DNA of 56,602 nt from a virus. The translations under genes were made by a program, and so were the position numbers. Numbering within the stretch: position 1 is the stretch's first letter; each line of letters opens with the position of its first letter. The notes under the pieces are model-generated. The model made no database searches. It was not told the DNA's origin and saw nothing but the letters and a program-made list of their open reading frames with translations. This document shows positions 18,649 to 27,399 of this stretch, piece after piece. Location of the stretch: IMG/VR virus record IMGVR_UViG_3300045988_059190. One strand, given 5' to 3'.

Positions 18649-18947
18649 GAATAACAGAATACAAACAAGTCGACACAAAAACAGAAGAATACACAGTGAC
18701 CATTCCGGCCGAGTACGATAACGAAGGTAACATCATCTCTGAAGAACATGAAGAAACCCGCACCCGTGAAGTACCGGTCATGGGAACGGTCTACAGAGAT
18801 ATGACAGCAGAAGAAATCGCTGAGGCAGAAAAACTTCAGGCGGATATGCCAGAACCAGAACCAACACCAGAAGAACGACTGAACACATTGGAAACCACAA
18901 CAGACGACATCGTACTGATGTTAGCAGATATTATAGGAGGAGAATAA
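18645..18947 (+). CDS. hypothetical acidic protein (fibre-associated)
   Basis: ATGA coupling. Ends ..ERLNTLETTTDDIVLMLADIIGGE. Confidence 0.55.
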   Translation: MRITEYKQVDTKTEEYTVTIPAEYDNEGNIISEEHEETRTREVPVMGTVYRDMTAEEIAEAEKLQADMPEPEPTPEERLNTLETTTDDIVLMLADIIGGE

Positions 18948-18951
18948 TAAT

Positions 18952-19107
18952 ATGAAGACATTAAGTGGAATCAAGTTAAAAATCATGGTAAGAGCATTCA
19001 GAATCCGTATTAAGAACGGAGAGAAATTCGAAGACATCGCAGCGGATTATCCGGCATTAACGACCGACGATCTGGAAGCAATCAAGGAAGTGCTGAATAC
19101 TAATTAG
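18952..19107 (+). CDS. small protein in XkdX-like position
   Basis: 51 aa after a GGAGGAG RBS. It lies between the fibre genes and the holin, as XkdX does in PBSX-like elements. Sequence similarity was not established. Confidence 0.45.
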   Translation: MKTLSGIKLKIMVRAFRIRIKNGEKFEDIAADYPALTTDDLEAIKEVLNTN

Positions 19108-19232
19108 CAGGAACAACCATCGTGGAGAACGATGCAGACTGCTACATGGAATGTACTTATAAGGCTAGTGGAAATGAGTAGGGGACGCTTGCACAAACAG
19201 AAAAATATAGAATGAAGAAAAGGAGTGATATT

Positions 19233-19526
19233 ATGACACAGATTATTAATTACGTAAAGCCAGAACTGGTGGTAGTATCTATCGCACTTTATTTTCTGGG
19301 AATGTGGATGAAAAATTCCAAGAGAATCAAAGACAATGATATTCCTATTTTTCTCGGTATAGTTGGAATTATTATTTGCGGTCTGTATGTGATTGCGACA
19401 TGTGACTTGTCTGGAATGCAGAGTATTTCGATGGCATTGTTTACGGCTGTTGTACAGGGGATTCTTGTAGCCGGACTTAGTACATACGTCAATCAGATTA
19501 TTAAGCAGATTGGAAAGGACGAATAA
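19233..19526 (+). CDS. holin (phi LC3-like family)
   Basis: Three hydrophobic segments. Family-like motifs are VKPELVVVSIALYFLGMWMK, DIPIFLGIVGIII and GILVAGLSTYVNQIIKQ. RBS is AAAGGAG. Confidence 0.75.
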   Translation: MTQIINYVKPELVVVSIALYFLGMWMKNSKRIKDNDIPIFLGIVGIIICGLYVIATCDLSGMQSISMALFTAVVQGILVAGLSTYVNQIIKQIGKDE

Positions 19527-19528
19527 GC

Positions 19529-19612
19529 ATGGCAACAAGTACGATTAATATTATTGTAATTTGCGTTTTTCTGCTTCTGATAACGAAGATTCCAAACAGA
19601 AAGGATAAATAA
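19529..19612 (+). CDS. 27-aa hydrophobic peptide downstream of holin
   Basis: MATSTINIIVICVFLLLITKIPNRKDK. RBS-like GGAAAGGA. Its stop overlaps the ATG of the next gene. Confidence 0.35.
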   Translation: MATSTINIIVICVFLLLITKIPNRKDK

Positions 19613-20844
19613 TGCTTACGCCGGAATATCTCTTTCATGTGACCGAGGGAGCGGAACAGATAACATCGGATATGCATAAGAACATCATGGACATGATCGT
19701 TGATCGTATAATGGTGCGTATAGGTCGTGGGGAAGATTATCTCCTTACGGCTACGGACAGGTGGCAGATACAGGTGTTACAAGAATCCGGGTACTTACTG
19801 GAAGACATACAAAAAGAGATTGCTGACAAAACGAAGAAGCAAGAGAGCGAGCTTAAAAGCGCATTTGAAGAAGCTGGTATAAAAGCTATCGAGAGAGACG
19901 ATGCGATATATAGGGCGGTAGGACTATCACCTACGCCCTTATTGCAATCTCCGGCATTGCTCAGAATACTGGAAAGAGATTATAACGCTACGTGCGGAGA
20001 ATGGAGAAACCTTACACGAACAACGGCAGATGAAGCACAGAAATTGTTTTTGAAAGAGGTCGACACAGCTTACCGCATGACATCAAGCGGTGCCGTATCA
20101 TATACACAAGCTGTCAGAAATGCTGTTGACAGGATGATAAAGCAAGGCGTTAAAGTATCGTATCCGTCCGGCAGAGAAATGAGCATTGAATCAGCCACAA
20201 TGATGACTGTACGCACAGGGATAAGCCAGTGTTCCGGAGCAATCGCACTAAAGCGAATGGAAGAATTGGGATGGGATACCATCTTAGTATCTGCACATGT
20301 GGGTGCACGAATTGGTGATGGTGGCAACAACCCAACGAACCACTTTTGGTGGCAAGGAAAATTCTATTCCCGGACAGGCAAAGACAAGAGATTCCCGGAC
20401 TTCCGAACATCAACAGGCTACGGAACGGTGACAGGGTTGTGTGGCGTGAACTGCCGACACTCTTTCGGATCCGGTGACGGTGAAAACAATCCGTATGCAG
20501 ATATTAACCTGTCGAGCGAAGACAATATAAAAGCGGAAGAGCGTGCGAAAAAGCAACGGCTTATGGAAAGGCGCATCCGCAACAGCAAGAGAGAGATTCA
20601 GAATTTGCAGACTGCTATAGATGCAAGCGGAGATGACAAGCTTAAATTCGAATTGCAACAGGCATATGACCGAAAATCAGCGGTACTCAGACGGCAGAAT
20701 AAGCAATACCGTGAGTTCTGCAAAGAAAATGGACTTAAAGAATATTCGGAACGTCTACGGGTAGCACAGTGGGATAGGTCGCAGGCTGTGAAGTCTGCAA
20801 AAGCAGCACAAAGATATCTTAATGCGAAAGGTGATGCAAAATGA
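19612..20844 (+). CDS. head morphogenesis protein (SPP1 gp7 / Mu F family)
   Basis: The core motif GLCGVNCRHSF and the long basic coiled-coil C-terminus are typical of the family. Confidence 0.8.
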   Translation: MLTPEYLFHVTEGAEQITSDMHKNIMDMIVDRIMVRIGRGEDYLLTATDRWQIQVLQESGYLLEDIQKEIADKTKKQESELKSAFEEAGIKAIERDDAIYRAVGLSPTPLLQSPALLRILERDYNATCGEWRNLTRTTADEAQKLFLKEVDTAYRMTSSGAVSYTQAVRNAVDRMIKQGVKVSYPSGREMSIESATMMTVRTGISQCSGAIALKRMEELGWDTILVSAHVGARIGDGGNNPTNHFWWQGKFYSRTGKDKRFPDFRTSTGYGTVTGLCGVNCRHSFGSGDGENNPYADINLSSEDNIKAEERAKKQRLMERRIRNSKREIQNLQTAIDASGDDKLKFELQQAYDRKSAVLRRQNKQYREFCKENGLKEYSERLRVAQWDRSQAVKSAKAAQRYLNAKGDAK

Positions 20845-21113
20845 GTGGATTGACAAGAATGGCAAAAATGTGCAGAGAGTGTCCGTTTAAAGACAAGTGC
20901 AAGAATAAGCGGTTGGAGAAAGAAGCGTATCTTACACCTTTTACCTCACCGATTATTGAAGATATGGCATCACCTGTATTAAAGGCTCATGATTACAGAA
21001 ATGTAAAGGTTGCAGAAAACACGACAATCACTATTGATGTAGAGGAACTGAAAGAGAGAATGCGAAAAGAAATATACAGGCAAGCCGGAATCGGATTGAA
21101 TTATGGAGCGTAA
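20841..21113 (+). CDS. hypothetical protein
   Basis: 90 aa with N-terminal CRECPFKDKC. Confidence 0.5.
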   Translation: MSGLTRMAKMCRECPFKDKCKNKRLEKEAYLTPFTSPIIEDMASPVLKAHDYRNVKVAENTTITIDVEELKERMRKEIYRQAGIGLNYGA

Positions 21114-21116
21114 CAC

Positions 21117-21476
21117 ATGGAACTAATAACACAGATACTTGCTATATGCGGTGCTATATCTGTTATCGGTGGTGCTGTTGCGGTGCTTTCCGGGTGGTAC
21201 AAATCATGGAAAGCACCAAAAGAAAAACAGGATAACCGCATAGAACAGATTGAAAAGCGAATAACGAACATTGAAACATCTATCACAGGGATTAATCAGA
21301 AACTTGATAACGATTATAAGAACATAAGGAATACGAGGGATGATATGAATCTATTAATGAGAAGTATGTTTAATTTGATTGAAAACAAAATCACAGGGAA
21401 TAACATTGAGGGTTTAAAAAAAACTCGGGAAGAGCTTGTAAATGCTATGACGGACAAGAAACCAAAGGAATTATGA
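21117..21476 (+). CDS. membrane-anchored coiled-coil protein
   Basis: N-terminal TM segment ILAICGAISVIGGAVAVLSGW. Confidence 0.5.
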   Translation: MELITQILAICGAISVIGGAVAVLSGWYKSWKAPKEKQDNRIEQIEKRITNIETSITGINQKLDNDYKNIRNTRDDMNLLMRSMFNLIENKITGNNIEGLKKTREELVNAMTDKKPKEL

Positions 21477-21673
21477 AAATATACTCTTTTACACGACCAG
21501 AACTTGACTATTTTGAGTTAGAATGCAACTTTACATCGGATGAATTGAAACTGTTTCGGCTCCGTGCTAAAGCTATGCCTTTAGAGGACTGTGCGGAAGA
21601 AATGAATGTGAGTGTGTCTACAGTCAAGAGATTGAGTAGAAGAGTGAATGATAAGATTGAAAGGGTGGTATAA
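21473..21673 (+). CDS. small HTH protein (sigma-70 region-4-like)
   Basis: LKLFRLRAKAMPLEDCAEEMNVSVSTVKRLSRRV. Confidence 0.5.
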   Translation: MKIYSFTRPELDYFELECNFTSDELKLFRLRAKAMPLEDCAEEMNVSVSTVKRLSRRVNDKIERVV

Positions 21674-21677
21674 GGTT

Positions 21678-22112
21678 ATGTATGAAATGTATTTAGGCTT
21701 TGGCTACAATGAAATTAGAAAAAGAGAAGAAGAAAGAAAACGCTACGAAAAAGAATTTGAAAAAAGACTTAAAAAATATGTCAATAAAATAGCCAAGACA
21801 TGCAGGTGGCCGAAAAAGAAAAAAGAAAAAATCTTTGATTTTATTCTCAGACATAGTTCGCTACATATACTTGAAGAAACATATGAAATTATTCCATCTC
21901 CTTTTATTGAATATTATTTAAAAAAAGAAAATGGACAATGTCCTGTTCTTCTTACATGTATTGTATTTCAAAATTATGGCAAACGAACTTGGGTAAAATT
22001 TTATTTTGATGAATACGGGGACATGGTATTCAAGCAAGAGATTGCCGAAAAAATCAAAAAATATTATGAAGAATATGATAGATACAACGACTTTGATATT
22101 ATTTTTGGTTAA
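21678..22112 (+). CDS. hypothetical protein
   Basis: ATG 21678 lies just after the upstream stop. K/E/Y-rich and AT-rich coding. Confidence 0.5.
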   Translation: MYEMYLGFGYNEIRKREEERKRYEKEFEKRLKKYVNKIAKTCRWPKKKKEKIFDFILRHSSLHILEETYEIIPSPFIEYYLKKENGQCPVLLTCIVFQNYGKRTWVKFYFDEYGDMVFKQEIAEKIKKYYEEYDRYNDFDIIFG

Positions 22113-22140
22113 AACGTAAGAGCGAAAGGGTTGTATAGGT

Positions 22141-22479
22141 ATGTGGATTGAAGATATAAAACCTTGTAAAGCGTACATCGAAGCAACTGGTCAAGAAGTA
22201 TCGGGCGTACTTGGGATCGGTGAAATAAGTTTTTACTCTGGTTTGATTATTGACGAAAAAGGAAGAAAGAAATATAAGTATGGACATACAACGCATATTC
22301 CTGTTTTTAAAACTGCTGAATTTGTAAAACCTTTTGAGTATTTTTCGAATGTCCATACAGAAAAAATAGATTTCCAAGCATATTACGGATCAAGTGCTGA
22401 AACTAATACATTTTGCTTAGTTGGAGCAAAACCAATATCTGAAGAAGAACACAACAAAATAACAGGTACAAATGGATGA
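22141..22479 (+). CDS. hypothetical protein
   Basis: 112-aa ORF. Confidence 0.5.
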   Translation: MWIEDIKPCKAYIEATGQEVSGVLGIGEISFYSGLIIDEKGRKKYKYGHTTHIPVFKTAEFVKPFEYFSNVHTEKIDFQAYYGSSAETNTFCLVGAKPISEEEHNKITGTNG

Positions 22480-22505
22480 TTATATGATTGAAAGGGGATA
22501 AAGAT

Positions 22506-23132
22506 ATGAACTTCGGAGAAGCCATAAAATGTATGAAAAATGGAAAGAAAGTTACACGTAATGTATGGAAAGAAAACTTTTTTAATGGGAGAAAACAGTT
22601 TATTTTTATTGGAAGAAACAAAGGTTTAACGACAAAAACGTTTCTTTCACTTCCACCAGAAGATGAACAATTCTCGGACTGCATTATGGGTTACACACGA
22701 AAAGGAAGCTTTCAGCCAAACTGGACACCAGCGCAAGAAGATATGCTTGCTGAGGATTGGGAAATGTATCCGGCAGAGGAAACGGTAGTCGATGAAACGC
22801 CGAACATGACGGCAGATGAAATGATTGATCTCAAAAACCGTATTGGGTGGAATATTAAATTTTATTCTACCGGGGAAACAATTATTTCTGAGCACATGGA
22901 CTATCAAAAACTCTTAACCGTGGCAGAAAGTACATATATGCTGTCGTTTGTTGTCCCTGAAAAAAGCCTTTATGGTTTGTCAATGACAAATAAATGCCAA
23001 AATGTTATTGTTTCTGGACTTTTATTCAAAGTATATGCTTCTAGGAATATTGCTGACGATAGCCTTTGGCTCGTGACTGAAAGTGCCTTATCTGAAAAAG
23101 AATTTCACACAATTATAAGATTGGAGAGGTGA
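22506..23132 (+). CDS. DUF2829 (Tad2-like) domain protein with unknown C-terminal extension
   Basis: MNFGEAIKCMKNGKKVTRNVW ... PNWTPAQEDMLAEDWEMY matches the start and end signatures of DUF2829. About 120 further residues are unassigned. RBS is GAAAGGGGA. Confidence 0.7.
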   Translation: MNFGEAIKCMKNGKKVTRNVWKENFFNGRKQFIFIGRNKGLTTKTFLSLPPEDEQFSDCIMGYTRKGSFQPNWTPAQEDMLAEDWEMYPAEETVVDETPNMTADEMIDLKNRIGWNIKFYSTGETIISEHMDYQKLLTVAESTYMLSFVVPEKSLYGLSMTNKCQNVIVSGLLFKVYASRNIADDSLWLVTESALSEKEFHTIIRLER

Positions 23133-23136
23133 TTCT

Positions 23137-23598
23137 ATGATACCTAAGATTTTTAAAATAAGTGGATATCTCATAGACCCGACAGGCAGACTTGAACCAC
23201 ACCACATTAAGGCGAAAATGCTTTACGGCTGTGGATTTCCACTTGTAGGACAGCACATTCACGTACAGAAAGCAGAGATTAAGAAGCTGGATGAAAAGCA
23301 TCCACTCATGAGAGAGAACTGTGATTTGGCAGAATGCGAGAAGTATTTCAATGACGAACCTCCGACAGTGAGCAATAGAAAAGTTGAACCCGGACAGGTG
23401 TACAGGCACTTTAAGGGCGAGACAGTAAAAGTCCTGTATATTGCACAGGATAGCGAAATGCCGGGACAGTTCAAGGTAGTTTATGAATGCTCTAATGGCG
23501 TGTGGTGCAGACCTTACGGAATGTTTGTGAGTGAGGTAGACAGGAAGAAACACCCGGATGTGAAGCAGAAGTATAGATTTGAGTTAGTGGAGGAATAA
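23137..23598 (+). CDS. protein with C-terminal DUF1653 domain
   Basis: PGQVYRHFKGETVKVLYIAQDSE...VVYE...WCRPYGMF...RFELV. Confidence 0.65.
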   Translation: MIPKIFKISGYLIDPTGRLEPHHIKAKMLYGCGFPLVGQHIHVQKAEIKKLDEKHPLMRENCDLAECEKYFNDEPPTVSNRKVEPGQVYRHFKGETVKVLYIAQDSEMPGQFKVVYECSNGVWCRPYGMFVSEVDRKKHPDVKQKYRFELVEE

Positions 23599-23919
23599 AT
23601 GCAAAAAGTAAATATTCTTGGAACGGAATACGAAATAATTAGAGAAGCGTTTGAAGAAGAAACGATTGATGGTTTTTGCGACTATACAGCGCATGTAATC
23701 AAAATCAGAAACAATAATGTAAGCGAAGTTGGTGATTTTGAAAAACTTATGAAAAAGCAATTAAGGCATGAAATCATACATGCTTTTCTTGCTGAAAGTG
23801 GATTACAGGCAAACTTTGAACATTATAAACAGTTCGGACATGAAGAAACAATCGTTGACTGGTTCGCCATTCAATTTCCTAAAATCATGGAAGTGTTTGA
23901 AGAACTGGGAGTACTGTAA
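23599..23919 (+). CDS. small HExxH-motif protein (putative metallopeptidase-like)
   Basis: QLRHEIIHAFLAESGL. Confidence 0.5.
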   Translation: MQKVNILGTEYEIIREAFEEETIDGFCDYTAHVIKIRNNNVSEVGDFEKLMKKQLRHEIIHAFLAESGLQANFEHYKQFGHEETIVDWFAIQFPKIMEVFEELGVL

Positions 23920-23937
23920 GAAAGGACATAGAAAAAT

Positions 23938-24084
23938 ATGAAAGATTATGTAGAAGTAAACGAAGAAAAATGTGGTGAAGTCCATAATTGCATGTGTGTA
24001 AAAGAAAAAGATGGTAAAATGTACTGCCGTGGGTGCGGTAGTGTCATTGCGGAACATATTAAAAATTCAAAACGCGCAAAATAA
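23938..24084 (+). CDS. small zinc-ribbon-like protein (48 aa)
   Basis: C..x..C.C ... CRGCG. Followed by a terminator. Confidence 0.4.
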   Translation: MKDYVEVNEEKCGEVHNCMCVKEKDGKMYCRGCGSVIAEHIKNSKRAK

Positions 24085-24099
24085 TAAGTGATACTTTTT

Positions 24100-24134
24100 A
24101 GAGACTTTAACGAACTGTTAAGGTCTCTTTTTTA
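24100..24134 (+). terminator. intrinsic terminator
   Basis: 12-bp stem AGAGACTTTAAC / GTTAAGGTCTCT with one G-T pair, followed by T6. Confidence 0.75.
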
Positions 24135-24189
24135 TGCGTAAAATGAAAGCATAGAGAACAACAAATGCTAATTTACAGGAGGTATGAGT

Positions 24190-24615
24190 ATGAATCCATA
24201 TATGTCATATACACCGTACATGCCACAGGATGCTTATATGCAAGACCAGATGGCATTACGACAACGGATAGACAACTTATCACAGGCTCAACAGCAATAC
24301 AAGACACAGCCACAGCCGAATGTGAACTGGATACAGGTAGCCGGAATTGACGGGGCAAGAAATCAGATTGTACAGCCGGGAACAACGGCTTGGATGATGG
24401 ATAACAATGCGCCATACTTTTATGTTAAATCTGTTGACGGCGTGGGAAGTGTTACGTTTAAAGCTTTTGAATTCCATGAGGTACAGGCGAACAATCCACA
24501 ACCTGTAGTGGAAAATATGGACGCTAAGTACGTGACAAGAGAAGAATTCAACAAATTACTGGATACATTGAAAACTCAACCGGAAGAACAGAAAGGGGAG
24601 ATGACACATGAGTAA
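24190..24615 (+). CDS. orphan protein with Y/M/Q/P-rich N-terminus
   Basis: AGGAGG RBS. MNPYMSYTPYMPQDAYMQDQ..QAQQQYKTQPQPN, then a globular part NWIQVAGIDGARNQIVQPGTTAWMMDNNAPYFYVK. Confidence 0.6.
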   Translation: MNPYMSYTPYMPQDAYMQDQMALRQRIDNLSQAQQQYKTQPQPNVNWIQVAGIDGARNQIVQPGTTAWMMDNNAPYFYVKSVDGVGSVTFKAFEFHEVQANNPQPVVENMDAKYVTREEFNKLLDTLKTQPEEQKGEMTHE

Positions 24616-24862
24616 TCCATTAATGGGAATGATGGGCGGTATGCCGGGTGGCAACAGTCCATTCGGAATGATTCAAAGAATGATGGGGATGGTGCAGAGT
24701 ACACAGAACCCCGGAGCAATGTTACAGAATATGGCGCAGAGCAACCCGAACATCAAAAAGGCTATGGATATGTGCCAAGGAAGAAACCCGAAAGATGTAT
24801 TTATGGAGATGTGCCAGCGAAATGGCATGAATCCAAACGACATTATAAATAAAATAAAGTGA
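24608..24862 (+). CDS. orphan Met/Gly/Asn/Pro-rich low-complexity protein
   Basis: 84 aa: GMMGGMPGGNSPFGMIQRMMGM..QNPGAMLQNMAQSNPNIKK..GRNPKD..GMNPNDI. Confidence 0.55.
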   Translation: MSNPLMGMMGGMPGGNSPFGMIQRMMGMVQSTQNPGAMLQNMAQSNPNIKKAMDMCQGRNPKDVFMEMCQRNGMNPNDIINKIK

Positions 24863-24914
24863 TATCCGGACGGAGTGCACACGTCTTGATAAATAAAAGA
24901 AAAGGAGAACCAAC

Positions 24915-25583
24915 ATGAACGAGGGATTAAACACACTTAGTGCTGCCGATGTAGCAGCAGTCACAAGAAACAACGATGGAAACATGTGGGGTGACGGTGG
25001 ATGGTTCTGGATCATTATTCTTGCTTTCCTGTTTTGCGGTAACGGATGGGGAAACAACAACGGAGCACAGGACGCTTTTATCTCTGACGAATTTGTGAAA
25101 AGAGATATCTTTAATACAAATCAGAATGTGTCTAACACAGCTTGTGAGACACAGAGAGACGTATTAGAGAACCGCTATAACACACAGCTCGGCTTGCAGA
25201 ACTTACAGGCTCAGCAGTCTCAGTGTTGCTGCAACACACAGAAAGAGATCTTACAGAGTAGATATGATGCGGCATTACAGGCACAGAACATGCAAGCACA
25301 GATGGCTCAGTGTTGCTGTGATATCGAAGAAAAAATCCTGGCAGATGGACAGGCTACACGCCAGTTAATCCAGGATAACACGATTCAGAACTTGAGAGAT
25401 AAGCTTGCTGATCGTGACAGAGATTTGCAGACAGCATACTGGCAGATCTCACAGGTATCACAGACCAATAACATTATTGATGCAGTGAGACCGACACCAA
25501 AACCGGCTTATATGTCTTGCAGTCCATACTTTGCGTATAACGCATTTGGCAATGGTTGCTGTGCAAGTGGGAATGTGATGTAA
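24915..25583 (+). CDS. orphan membrane-anchored Q-rich protein with CCC triplets
   Basis: Hydrophobic segment GGWFWIIILAFLFCGNGWG. Two repeat units, QAQQSQCCCNTQKEILQSRYD and QAQMAQCCCDIEEKILADGQ. C-terminus is GNGCCASGN. Confidence 0.6.
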   Translation: MNEGLNTLSAADVAAVTRNNDGNMWGDGGWFWIIILAFLFCGNGWGNNNGAQDAFISDEFVKRDIFNTNQNVSNTACETQRDVLENRYNTQLGLQNLQAQQSQCCCNTQKEILQSRYDAALQAQNMQAQMAQCCCDIEEKILADGQATRQLIQDNTIQNLRDKLADRDRDLQTAYWQISQVSQTNNIIDAVRPTPKPAYMSCSPYFAYNAFGNGCCASGNVM

Positions 25584-25790
25584 GTGAACGATATATCACT
25601 ACTTGACTTTCTGACAGTGTACGGAGTTGCTTTACAGATTGCGAATTTTAACAGTGATCTATCACAGGCGAGTAATTCTGACATTGAAAAACACTTGCAC
25701 GAGCAAGACAGTAAGTACTTTTTAAAAATAATTGAAAACCAAAACAAAATCATAAGCATGTTGGAAGAATCCATATCTACAAAAAAGTAG
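25584..25790 (+). CDS. hypothetical protein
   Basis: GTG start abuts the upstream stop. 68 aa. Followed by a terminator. Confidence 0.45.
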   Translation: MNDISLLDFLTVYGVALQIANFNSDLSQASNSDIEKHLHEQDSKYFLKIIENQNKIISMLEESISTKK

Positions 25791-25805
25791 TCTTGCGAAG
25801 ATTAA

Positions 25806-25836
25806 AGAGAGTAGGCATGCGCTTGCTCTCTTTTTT
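25806..25836 (+). terminator. intrinsic terminator
   Basis: Stem AGAGAGTAGGC / GCTTGCTCTCT, loop ATGC, then T6. Confidence 0.7.
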
Positions 25837-25853
25837 AAGAAAGGAGAAAAAAT

Positions 25854-26282
25854 ATGTTAAATTCTATTGCTAAAAATGCTCAGACAGTAGCAACAAATCA
25901 GAATGTATTATTTACAGAAACAAGAGTGAAAAGCCGTAGATGTGCTTGTAACACAGGATGGCTTGCACATGACAACGGCAGTGGACTTTTTGAAATCACA
26001 AACCGTGGAAATCTGCCAATGGCGGTCGAAGTTGAGTTTAACGGAAACGTTACGGCATCTGCAATAGGAGCGGTAGCGTTATCTATCAAACAGAACGGGG
26101 AACCGGTTTCTGGTACGGAAATGGACTATACAGTAGCAACGGCAAATGTGTATCAGAATGTCGGTGCAGCTACATTGATTGCAGTTCCGGCTGGAAGTAG
26201 TGCCACTATATCGGTTGGCAACGTTGGCACAGTTGACACATTGGTTAAGGATGCGAATATCATCATCAAAAAGCTCTCATAG
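25854..26282 (+). CDS. orphan all-beta protein, BclA-C-terminal/C1q-like pattern
   Basis: The alternating strand pattern GLFEITNRGNLPMAVEVEF..ALSIKQNGEPVSG..ATLIAVPAGSSATISVGN..DANIIIKKL resembles BclA_C jelly-roll domains. The call is weak and made by eye. Confidence 0.55.
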   Translation: MLNSIAKNAQTVATNQNVLFTETRVKSRRCACNTGWLAHDNGSGLFEITNRGNLPMAVEVEFNGNVTASAIGAVALSIKQNGEPVSGTEMDYTVATANVYQNVGAATLIAVPAGSSATISVGNVGTVDTLVKDANIIIKKLS

Positions 26283-26299
26283 AAAAGGGGTGAGTTTCT

Positions 26300-26890
26300 A
26301 TGATTGATTTTAAAAGCAACCTAGATGTTAAAACTCCGAAAGAAATCTTTGCCGGAATTAATGAACGGTTTATCGGAGCGGTCATGATGCACGGACAGTT
26401 TGCGGACTACTTCGATTTCCTTGGCTTAAAAGGCTTTAAGCGGATGCATGAGTACCAGCACATTGAGGAAAGCTTGGAACGTAGGAAAGTGTGCCGATAT
26501 TTTATAAACCATCACAATCAGCTTATTGATGATGCATTTGAGGGAAAAGTGAATGTTATCCCGGATGCGTGGCGAACGGCCAAACGGTTAAGCGTTGGAA
26601 AAAGTACAAAGCAGAAAGCCGTAGAAGATGGATTTGTTGAGTACCACAATTGGGAATCCGAAACAAAGGAAGTGTACGAACAGTACGCACACACGCTAAG
26701 AGAAAACGGTCATGTGGCTGATGCTATGTTCGTGGAATGTTTGGTAGAAGATGTAAGCGAAGAATTAAAAACTGTAGAATGTATGATTAACGACCTCATA
26801 TCTGCCGGATACGACATGGTATACATCACAGAAATTCAGTCGGAGATTCACGACAAATACAAAAAGAAAATGAAAGGAATCGAGGTGTAA
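26300..26890 (+). CDS. orphan helical protein, ferritin-like four-helix pattern
   Basis: GAVMMHGQFADYFDFLGLKGFKRMHEYQHIEESLERRK and MFVECLVEDVSEELKTVECMINDL resemble ferritin A/B and D helices. Metal ligands are incomplete. Confidence 0.5.
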   Translation: MIDFKSNLDVKTPKEIFAGINERFIGAVMMHGQFADYFDFLGLKGFKRMHEYQHIEESLERRKVCRYFINHHNQLIDDAFEGKVNVIPDAWRTAKRLSVGKSTKQKAVEDGFVEYHNWESETKEVYEQYAHTLRENGHVADAMFVECLVEDVSEELKTVECMINDLISAGYDMVYITEIQSEIHDKYKKKMKGIEV

Positions 26891-26893
26891 TAA

Positions 26894-27316
26894 ATGAGCG
26901 AGATCAAAAAGATTTTGGAAGAACAGCTTGAACGTGAGAAAGCATCTGCAAAGAAAGACTTAAATATGTCTAACTTACAGGCAATGTACATGATTACATC
27001 TACATTGTGCAATATGAAATCTTTGGAATGTGAAAGCGTACCGGGGATGATTGCGGATGCATCGGAAAACCTTATCAAGAAATACAGTAACGGAAAGTAC
27101 GACAAAAACATTGATGCGCTATACGACCAGTACATTATGGCGAAAGAGATGTATCAACAGAACGGAGATCAAGCGCACAGAGACAAACTGATGGAAAGTG
27201 TCGGGAAACTTATGGTAGAAGTTTACGACATGCTTTCCTCTATGGTGATGGATTCAGATTTTGCGGAAGAACGGAAAGAGATTCAAAGGCAAATCAAGAA
27301 GCTTGCGGAAATGTAA
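26894..27316 (+). CDS. orphan helical protein
   Basis: 140-aa ORF closely spaced after the previous gene (3-nt gap). Confidence 0.55.
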   Translation: MSEIKKILEEQLEREKASAKKDLNMSNLQAMYMITSTLCNMKSLECESVPGMIADASENLIKKYSNGKYDKNIDALYDQYIMAKEMYQQNGDQAHRDKLMESVGKLMVEVYDMLSSMVMDSDFAEERKEIQRQIKKLAEM

Positions 27317-27399
27317 AAACATGGGTACGGAGTACTATGTATATTAATGTTACGATATATACGGTGAATCACATAGGACATTTCCCTTTCTTGCTTGAT

